From positions 498,355-562,354 of the forward strand of contig JBBAEN010000002.1 of assembly GCA_041655955.1 (NCBI GenBank): a stretch of DNA of 64,000 bases, read 5' to 3'. The DNA is from Micavibrio sp. (GTDB lineage Bacteria > Pseudomonadota > Alphaproteobacteria > Micavibrionales > Micavibrionaceae). The stretch's first letter is position 1. Every line of letters starts with the position of its first letter. The notes beneath the pieces were generated by a model that made no database searches, was not told the DNA's origin, and saw only the letters and a list, made by a program, of their open reading frames with translations. Made by a program: the position numbers and the translations under genes. Below, in pieces: positions 57,663-64,000 of the stretch.

Positions 57663-58386
57663 TTGCGGTTTTATTTGATTTCATGGCTTTAACCGGCGGG
57701 AATTTTTCCTTGTCCGGCGCTGTCGATTTTTTCGGCATGGGCAATTGCGACCATAGGAGATCGAATAGGTTCCTGTGAATCCGCGCGGTGCCTTCATCGT
57801 TAATAAGGATGATTTCATCGGGTTTTTCCGAATTCACATTGCCGAGGCAGATAGCATATTTATCGCCATACACGGCCGTAACATTGTTCAGGTAATATTC
57901 GGACGGAATGTAACGATATTCTTCGATCCCGGCCAGAAGATAGGTATTTCCTTCCTCTGTAAGCTTTCTATAGCGTATCCCGCTCTCCCGCATTTTTTTG
58001 TAAAGTTTGTTGATTGCGGGGGGAGAGATGCGATCATCCCCGCAAAAAATAAGAACCTCCCTCTTTTCCTCATCCTCGATATTGGTCAGGGTGTAGAGCA
58101 TGTCCTCTACCAGAGAGATGTAGATATTATCGTCCTCGTCTTTCTTCAGGAGGTTGATAAATTTGCTTTTCTCATCCTTCTTTTCGACGCCGCGTTCCGT
58201 GAAATCAACACCGCCAAGGGTAAAGGCGTCGATAATCTTCTCGATCGTATTCTTCCCCGGCATCTGCTTGCCAAGCTCGATATTGGCGATGGTGGGGACG
58301 GCAAGGCCGGTGCGCTCCGCCAGATCGGTCTGGCTCCAGTTTTTTAGCGCGCGCGCGGCGCGAATCTGGTCGGCGGTGATGAGCAT
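57643..58386 (-). CDS. XRE-family helix-turn-helix regulator with an uncharacterised ~180-aa C-terminal domain
   Basis: Start at ATG 58386, preceded by ggaggg 5 nt upstream. MLITADQIRAARALKNWSQTDLAERTGLAVPTIANIELGKQ is a classic HTH_XRE. I cannot place the rest (..VLIFCGDDRISPP..YRYIPSEYY..). Visibly AT-richer than the flanking genes. Confidence 0.75.
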   Translation of the reverse strand: MLITADQIRAARALKNWSQTDLAERTGLAVPTIANIELGKQMPGKNTIEKIIDAFTLGGVDFTERGVEKKDEKSKFINLLKKDEDDNIYISLVEDMLYTLTNIEDEEKREVLIFCGDDRISPPAINKLYKKMRESGIRYRKLTEEGNTYLLAGIEEYRYIPSEYYLNNVTAVYGDKYAICLGNVNSEKPDEIILINDEGTARIHRNLFDLLWSQLPMPKKSTAPDKEKFPPVKAMKSNKTAKKKGRK

Positions 58387-58411
58387 GTAGCCCTCCATAA
58401 GATTGATTTAT

Positions 58412-58440
58412 CCTATTGATATATAAATCATATTGTATTC
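58412..58440. promoter_or_regulatory. AT-rich shared motif, copy B (candidate operator), overlapping the XRE promoter
   Basis: cctattgatatataaatcatattgtattc. It is related to 21016..21041 and to the reverse complement of 12081..12102. A second degenerate copy (ttgataatatataaaaa) lies at 58475..58491. Confidence 0.4.
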
Positions 58441-58448
58441 CAGACAAG
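58420..58448 (-). promoter_or_regulatory. Candidate sigma-70-type promoter of the XRE gene
   Basis: Minus strand: CTTGTC-N17-TATATA, ~30 nt upstream of the start codon. Confidence 0.35.
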
Positions 58449-58503
58449 ATGCTCGCAAGCGATATAAAAAACTCTTGATAATATATAAAAAATATAGTCA
58501 TAT

Positions 58504-58917
58504 ATGCTTATGGTAGAAAATGCCGGAGCAAGCAAGAATCTGTGGTTGTCCCCGCCTGGAAAAGATTCGGGACGGCAAGGAGGCCGGAAAACAGGCATCC
58601 GCATCGCGGATAACGGCATTTTGCTGGGCGATGAGATTGAAAAGATGCTTGCATCACCCGTGCCGGATGAAGCAGGCGGCCATCTTCACGGTTCGATGAG
58701 CGGGGAAAGCTGGCGGGCTTTCTTAAAGACCGTACGGGACGAGGCCGTGCAGCGGCTGCACAGCTACAGGCTCGAGAGCGACGAACAGCGCGGATTCCGC
58801 GCCTCGACGCTGGCGCCTTACCATGAACGGCGGCTGAAAATGGAGCGGGATTATTTGCGCGGTCTGGTGGATCTCTATAATTCCGCCGAGCGCGCCTATA
58901 AAACACTATCCGGATAA
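58504..58917 (+). CDS. Hypothetical protein (orphan), divergent from the XRE gene
   Basis: 137-aa ORF followed by its own terminator. No recognised motif, and the start codon is uncertain. Confidence 0.45.
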   Translation: MLMVENAGASKNLWLSPPGKDSGRQGGRKTGIRIADNGILLGDEIEKMLASPVPDEAGGHLHGSMSGESWRAFLKTVRDEAVQRLHSYRLESDEQRGFRASTLAPYHERRLKMERDYLRGLVDLYNSAERAYKTLSG

Positions 58918-59000
58918 ACGGAAAGGGAAAAAGAGGGTTAAAAATATAAGCTAAAAGGTATTTTATAAAAAATAAACACTCCACACACCTCCTTTAAAAG

Positions 59001-59040
59001 GGCCGCGCTTTCTTGATTTTGGAAAGGCGGCCTTTCTTTT
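59001..59040 (+). terminator. Rho-independent terminator
   Basis: ggccgcgctttc-ttgattttg-gaaaggcggcc (one bulge) followed by tttctttt. Confidence 0.55.
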
Positions 59041-59068
59041 ACCCGCTTTTTTGCGCATACTGGAGGGT

Positions 59069-59851
59069 ATGAACGAGCCACGTAAGCCGCCACCGTTGAC
59101 CGCCCCGCGGCCGCCACAGGCGCGCAGGAAAAAAAGGCGGGCGGCGGCGTCCGCCCCACCGCGGCAGTTCTTGCATGATAACCCGCAGCTTGTCGGCTAT
59201 GCCGTTCTGGCCATTGGCGTAAGTCTGGTGCTTGGGGTTATCTATCTTGCGTTTTTTGCCGGCGGCTCTGCCGTAAGACAGGCCCCCATGCCGGACGGGC
59301 AAATGGCGCAGGCTCTGGTTTCCGACTTGCCCGCGCTGCCCCGGCAACAAGGAACGGGAGCGGGAGCCGCAATCCCGCAAGGCTCCACCACCCGGATTTC
59401 GCCGCCTGCGCCCGTGCGGCCACAATCGCAGCTTGCCATCCGCCGGCAATCCGGCATCGACGCGGCCCAGATGAAGGGCGCGTGGCAAGGCATGATTGGC
59501 CGCTTTACAGCCGTTCTCCAACTGGACGGCGTTGTCTATCAGGTCATTCTGGCCTCGGCGGATCCGAATGCCAGCAGGATTTATTCCTCCGGAACCTATA
59601 AAATCATGGATGATATTATCACGCTGACCCCCCGTTCCGACTGGCCGGAACCCGTATCGGGGGCCGGGGCGCGGGTTTCCTATGACAAGCTGACGCGGGC
59701 GCCTTTTTCCCTGATTGCGGGCTTCCAGCAAGGGCGCATGGTCTGGCAGAATGTGCCGGAGGGTGAAAAACGCGTGCTGACGACCCGCACTTCGCCGCTT
59801 TTCAGGAGCGAAAACGTAAATTATGTGGTCTGGCAGCGCGTGGTGCGCTAA
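59069..59851 (+). CDS. Membrane-anchored hypothetical protein
   Basis: ATG 59069 behind ggaggg (track start is TTG 59051). Pro/Arg-rich N-terminus, one TM (VGYAVLAIGVSLVLGVIYLAFFA), ~170-aa extracytoplasmic domain. Confidence 0.55.
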   Translation: MNEPRKPPPLTAPRPPQARRKKRRAAASAPPRQFLHDNPQLVGYAVLAIGVSLVLGVIYLAFFAGGSAVRQAPMPDGQMAQALVSDLPALPRQQGTGAGAAIPQGSTTRISPPAPVRPQSQLAIRRQSGIDAAQMKGAWQGMIGRFTAVLQLDGVVYQVILASADPNASRIYSSGTYKIMDDIITLTPRSDWPEPVSGAGARVSYDKLTRAPFSLIAGFQQGRMVWQNVPEGEKRVLTTRTSPLFRSENVNYVVWQRVVR

Positions 59852-59860
59852 GAAAAACCC

Positions 59861-60721
59861 ATGCCTGAATTACCCGAAGTTGAAACCGTCCGTAAAGGGC
59901 TGGAACCTGCCATGGCGGGCCGGATCGTCGAGAGCGTCTTGCTGCGCCGCGCGGATTTACGCATTCCTTTTCCCGAACGCTTGAAAGAGCGGCTTGAAGG
60001 CCGCCGCATCGCCCGGCTTGGCCGCCGCGCGAAATACCTGCTCGTCCATGTGGAGGGGGTGGGGGAACAGGAAGAAGACGTTCTTGTCATCCATCTCGGC
60101 ATGTCGGGGCAGATGCATGTGGTTGCGGATATGAAGGGCTATGTGCCGCAAAAGCATGACCATATGCTGATCCGCCTGTCCGGCGGGGGCGGCGTCGTTC
60201 TCAACGATGCGCGCCGTTTCGGTATGGTGATGCTGTATGCCGCCGCGGCCTATGAGGGGCAGCCAGCCTTCAGGGAAATGGGGCCGGAGCCGCTTGGCAA
60301 CGCGTTTTCAGGCTATGTTTTGCGGGAGCGGCTGCGCGGTAAATCCGTCCCCGTCAAACAGGCCCTGCTGGATCAGCGCGTCGTGGCGGGCGTTGGCAAT
60401 ATTTATGCGAGCGAAGCCCTTTATGAAGCGGGAATTTCCCCGCTTGCAAAGGCGGGCGGCCTAAGCGCCGCAAAGGCCGATGCTTTGGTGCAATCCATCC
60501 GCAATGTCCTGACCCGCGCCATTGAATCGGGCGGCAGTTCGCTTAAGGATTTTATCAAGGTGGACGGTACGCTCGGCTATTTTCAGCATTCTTTTGCCGT
60601 GTATGACAGGGAGGGGGCGGCTTGCCCGCGCTGCGCCGCCAATGGTAAAAAGAAAGCCGTCATTCTTAAAATCAACCAAGCGGGCCGGGCGACTTATTAT
60701 TGCCGCCAATGCCAGAAATAG
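59861..60721 (+). CDS. mutM: Formamidopyrimidine-DNA glycosylase
   Basis: MPELPEVETVRKGL..., H2TH, C-terminal zinc finger CPRC...YYCRQCQ. Confidence 0.95.
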   Translation: MPELPEVETVRKGLEPAMAGRIVESVLLRRADLRIPFPERLKERLEGRRIARLGRRAKYLLVHVEGVGEQEEDVLVIHLGMSGQMHVVADMKGYVPQKHDHMLIRLSGGGGVVLNDARRFGMVMLYAAAAYEGQPAFREMGPEPLGNAFSGYVLRERLRGKSVPVKQALLDQRVVAGVGNIYASEALYEAGISPLAKAGGLSAAKADALVQSIRNVLTRAIESGGSSLKDFIKVDGTLGYFQHSFAVYDREGAACPRCAANGKKKAVILKINQAGRATYYCRQCQK

Positions 60722-60728
60722 GGGCTTT

Positions 60729-61106
60729 ATGCGTAGCGCGTTGTTATCCATCGTCTTTTCCTCCTGCTTCTTGCTTGCCGCCGCCATTATGCCCGCCAAA
60801 GCCGCAGGCCAGCGCTTTTTCGAGGCGCTTTACGATGTGCCGGTCATGGCGGGGCTGGAGGAAGTTCCGGCGGAAGCCATGCTCTTCGACAAGCCGGACG
60901 GGCGGATAGCATCGGTCGTGGCGGGGTCAAAAACCTTGAAGCCCGTCGCTATCCGCGCTTTCTACGCCGAAACGCTGGCGCAGCTGGGATGGAAAAAGCT
61001 GGATGAAAATCAGTATGTTAGGGGCGGCGATCAGTTGGATTTGGAAATTACGGGCGCGGCGCCCTTAACCCTTGTCCGCTTTACGCTCTCACCCGTCCGG
61101 CCATAG
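60729..61106 (+). CDS. Small secreted hypothetical protein
   Basis: Track ORF 60522..61106 trimmed to ATG 60729. Signal peptide MRSALLSIVFSSCFLLAAAIMPAKA-AG. Confidence 0.5.
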   Translation: MRSALLSIVFSSCFLLAAAIMPAKAAGQRFFEALYDVPVMAGLEEVPAEAMLFDKPDGRIASVVAGSKTLKPVAIRAFYAETLAQLGWKKLDENQYVRGGDQLDLEITGAAPLTLVRFTLSPVRP

Positions 61107-61249
61107 GGTTTTGCGGTTTTAATCTTTAACTTGACAATAAGGCCCGCGGACGCGTAAAACAGCCGGACTTTCGCGCTTTTGAAGAGATGCGCAGCCCTTG
61201 GAAAAGGGAGTGAAAAACAACAATTTGGAATTTTTAGGACAAGAGAAAA

Positions 61250-61516
61250 ATGGCAAACCACGCTTCTGCAAAGAAAAGAATCCGCACCAACGCGCGCCGC
61301 AACGAAATCAACACGTCACGCAAAAGCCGCATCCGCACATGGGTGAAAAAAGTCGAGGCCGCAATCAACGGTGGTGACGCGAAAGCGGCAGCGGAAGCAT
61401 ACAAGGTCGCACAGCCCGAATTGATGCGCGGCGTAGCGAAAAACATCCTTTCCAAAAACACCGCCGCAAGGAAGATGTCGAGATTGTCGGCAAGAATTAA
61501 AGCCCTTGCGGAATAA
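61250..61516 (+). CDS. rpsT: 30S ribosomal protein S20
   Basis: 88 aa. [30 protein letters not shown]. Confidence 0.95.
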   Translation: MANHASAKKRIRTNARRNEINTSRKSRIRTWVKKVEAAINGGDAKAAAEAYKVAQPELMRGVAKNILSKNTAARKMSRLSARIKALAE

Positions 61517-61523
61517 AAACCAA

Positions 61524-61549
61524 ATGGCCCTTCGGGGCCATATTTTTTT
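61524..61549 (+). terminator. Rho-independent terminator of rpsT
   Basis: atggccc-ttcg-gggccat followed by attttttt. Confidence 0.75.
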
Positions 61550-62044
61550 GCCTGTTTCCTGCCCATCGCGCAAAATAAAAAATAGATGGTAATTGGCAAC
61601 TAATGATAAGCGATTCTTTTGAATCCTGTCTGTCAATCGTTAAATTATTTCTTTTTTTAACGTTCCCGATTTTTCCCTGTTGCATACCCAAAAAAATCGT
61701 TCTAGGGTCTGTGCATAACCAAGCAAAAACTGTGGCAAACACAGGATAAGCCAAAGGCCGTTAGGCATTCGTAGAAAACGAAAGCGCAGAGCGGTCTTGG
61801 TGGTATCAGAGGACGTATACTACCCCAATAGGGATAAGAGTTGGAGTTAGGAAGGGTTTAAAGTCAGGGCATGCCGGCTTTCGAGCGGGCTGTGCCGTGA
61901 TTTGAAATCAACACCTGAATTTCGCCGTATGAATCGAACTGCAAATGCAACGATCCGTTGTTTTGCAGAAGGAGTTTTGCGCGCCTTGAAGATTCATCCG
62001 GTTTGTGGAGCAAACTGTTTTATATTAGTGGAGATAAAGAGAAC

Positions 62045-63463
62045 ATGTCAGACGTTACAGGCCAGCCAAGCAATATTTTCGCAACAGAATCTTTCGCCCC
62101 GACCCAAGAGGTGCTGGCCGCCTGGAATGCAGTCTATAAGGATTTGCGTAATGAGTTTGGCGAAGCCGTTTACCGCAGCTGGCTGAAGCCCCTTACGCTG
62201 CAGGCCTATTATCACGGCACGATCGAAGTTTCCGTCCCGACCCGTTTCATGCGCGACTGGATCCAGACGCACTATGCCAAACGCATCCTCGAAATGACCA
62301 GCGCGCGCACCGAGGACATCAAGCGGCTTGAGATTGTCGTCGTCCAGACAGCCCAGCTTACCGAAGCCGTCGCCGAAGACGCCCTGAAAGGCAATGACAA
62401 TAAACAGGCCGCTATCGCTATTCAGGATGATCCGTTCGATTTGGCCTCGCCGCTGGATGCGCGTTTCCGGTTTGAAAGCTTTGTCGTCGGCAAATCCAAC
62501 GCCCTCGCCCACGCCGCGGCCCGCCGCGTCGTCGAAAGCGCGAGCGTCCCGTTCAACCCGCTCTTTATCTATGGCGGCGTGGGGCTTGGCAAAACCCACC
62601 TGATGCACGCTATCGCCTGGGCGATGAAGGAACAGCATCCGCAAAAGCGCGTGATTTATCTTTCCGCCGAAAAATTCATGTACCAGTTCGTGCGCGCGAT
62701 CCGCTCCAACGACACGATGGCGTTCAAGGAATTTTTCCGCTCCGTCGACGTGCTGATGATTGACGACATCCAGTTTATTTCCGGCAAAGAGTCCACGCAG
62801 GAAGAGTTTTTCCATACCTTCAACGCGCTGGTCGATCAGAACAAGCAAATCATCATCTCCGCCGACAAGGCGCCGAGCGATCTGACGGGCATTGACGAGC
62901 GCCTGCGCTCCCGCCTCGCATGGGGCCTTGTTGCCGATATCCAGCCATCCACCTATGAGCTGCGGCTCGGTATCGTGCAGGCAAAGCGCGAACAGCTCGG
63001 CGCGAACGTGCCGGACGCGGTTCTTGAATTTCTCGCCCTCAAGGTTACGAGCAATATCCGCGAGCTGGAAGGCGCGCTGAACCGCATCGTCGCCCATGCC
63101 GACGTCGCCAAACAGGCGATCACGCTGGAATCGACGCAGGAAGTTTTGCAGGATTTGCTGCGTTCCCACGATCGCCGGATCACGATTGACGAAATCCAGC
63201 GCAAAGTCGCTGAGCATTACAATATCCGCCTCGCCGACATGCATTCCGCCCGCCGCTCCCGCAACGTGGCGCGCCCGCGTCAGGTCGCGATGTTCCTTGC
63301 AAAGCAACTGACCGCGCGTTCCTTGCCGGAAATAGGCCGCAAATTCGGGGGCCGCGATCACACGACCGTGATGCATGCCGTGCGCAAGGTCGAGGAGCTG
63401 GTCGGCGAGGACGTGTCCTTCGCGCAGGATGTCGAGGTTATCAAGCGCGCCCTGACGGGCTGA
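62045..63463 (+). CDS. dnaA: Chromosomal replication initiator protein DnaA
   Basis: Start at ATG 62045 (MSDVTGQPS...) behind ggagataaag. Walker A GGVGLGKTHL, sensor and box VII regions, C-terminal DNA-binding block GGRDHTTVMHA. Confidence 0.95.
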   Translation: MSDVTGQPSNIFATESFAPTQEVLAAWNAVYKDLRNEFGEAVYRSWLKPLTLQAYYHGTIEVSVPTRFMRDWIQTHYAKRILEMTSARTEDIKRLEIVVVQTAQLTEAVAEDALKGNDNKQAAIAIQDDPFDLASPLDARFRFESFVVGKSNALAHAAARRVVESASVPFNPLFIYGGVGLGKTHLMHAIAWAMKEQHPQKRVIYLSAEKFMYQFVRAIRSNDTMAFKEFFRSVDVLMIDDIQFISGKESTQEEFFHTFNALVDQNKQIIISADKAPSDLTGIDERLRSRLAWGLVADIQPSTYELRLGIVQAKREQLGANVPDAVLEFLALKVTSNIRELEGALNRIVAHADVAKQAITLESTQEVLQDLLRSHDRRITIDEIQRKVAEHYNIRLADMHSARRSRNVARPRQVAMFLAKQLTARSLPEIGRKFGGRDHTTVMHAVRKVEELVGEDVSFAQDVEVIKRALTG

Positions 63464-63480
63464 TGCCTTAGGGCGCTACG

Positions 63481-64000
63481 CTATAGCAGATCGAAATTAT
63501 AGTGAGTGGCCGCGGGAGCGGCCTCTTTCTTTGGGGCAATATGCGGCGTCAGGCCGGCATCGTTCAGGAAGCGCGTGAAGGCCGTGCCGTCAAGCTGCCC
63601 CGCCAGTCTTTCAAGCCGCAAGGCTTCGCCTTCGGAAAGAAAGCGCGCCTCGGCCCATCTGCCGATATTGCCCGCATTGATTTCGGGGTGGAACGAGAAA
63701 AGCGAAACGCGCCCTTGCCCGAATTTCGAACGGACGGCAAGCGGCGTCCCGTCGCTTTCAAGGAAGGCGAGCATCCTGCCGTCATGGGGGGCGAGGGATT
63801 CCGTCGGAATAATGGCGGGGCCGCCCCAGAAAAACGCATTATAGGCTTGATAATCCTGCGGGCTGCGCAGGCGGATAAGGGAAAGATTTTCCGGCCCGCC
63901 GCTAAAAGGCAGGGGGCTTACCGAACGGCACGGGCCGCTCGCCAGCCCGTTGAAAAGCGCAAGGCCCGTATTTTCAATCTTGATTGGCGGGCCGTGGGGC
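63481..64000 (-). CDS. Hypothetical protein, 5' end beyond the window edge
   Basis: The minus-strand frame stays open from the window edge to the stop at 63481 (my translation: ...PHGPPIKIENTGLALFNGLASGP...AFFWGGPAIIPTESLAPHDGRMLAFLESDG...SFHPEINAG...). The track shows only the last 97 aa. Function not assigned. Confidence 0.55.
   Translation of the reverse strand, partial: PHGPPIKIENTGLALFNGLASGPCRSVSPLPFSGGPENLSLIRLRSPQDYQAYNAFFWGGPAIIPTESLAPHDGRMLAFLESDGTPLAVRSKFGQGRVSLFSFHPEINAGNIGRWAEARFLSEGEALRLERLAGQLDGTAFTRFLNDAGLTPHIAPKKEAAPAATHYNFDLL

Noticed and set aside
61553-62044. oriC upstream of dnaA, with DnaA-box-like 9-mers TGTGCATAA at 61710..61718 (8/9) plus several 7/9 matches. A perfect TGTGGATAA also occurs at 27364..27372.
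   Set aside because: There is only one 8/9 box, a few weak ones, and no clear AT-rich unwinding repeats. In many alphaproteobacteria the origin is not next to dnaA. The boxes are more simply explained as dnaA autoregulation, and the single perfect box at 27364 is within chance expectation for 64 kb.

Overview
High-GC chromosomal backbone with alphaproteobacterial (Rhodospirillales-type) gene content. Nearly all of it is housekeeping. Genes in order: uppP, an amino-acid permease, motAB, a CDF transporter, glk, tRNA-Thr, an SRP-RNA candidate, dnaX-ybaB, xthA, rhlE-like helicase, typA, rsmB, rpe, ung, radA, cvpA-purF, der-bamB-yfgM, icd, an L,D-transpeptidase, amiC-like amidase, rne, ctaA, FNR/ferredoxin, CIRCE-groESL, mutM, rpsT, dnaA. 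I support about 60 CDS, one tRNA, one probable SRP RNA, a CIRCE operator and several intrinsic terminators. I found no CRISPR array, transposase, integrase or recognisable defence system. Six things stand out. (1) A lone 1260-aa gene fuses a pseudopilin-like N-terminus (single helix plus a GspG-type DPWGN.Y motif) to a highly reiterated phage-tail-fibre shaft and a peptidase-S74 self-cleaving chaperone domain, with no other phage genes nearby. (2) A second small protein has the same non-canonical pilin-like N-terminus. It sits behind a ~380-nt structured leader that ends in a strong terminator just before its RBS. (3) An AT-rich motif recurs almost verbatim at three separate AT-rich intergenic spots, one of which overlaps the predicted promoter of an XRE-family regulator. 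(4) An AT-richer islet (XRE regulator plus two orphan genes) is wedged between groEL and mutM. (5) An operon of three translationally coupled GNAT acetyltransferases plus an MFS transporter. (6) A structured non-coding element lies between the heparinase-like gene and ung. All functional readings of these are inference from sequence reading only; no searches were run.
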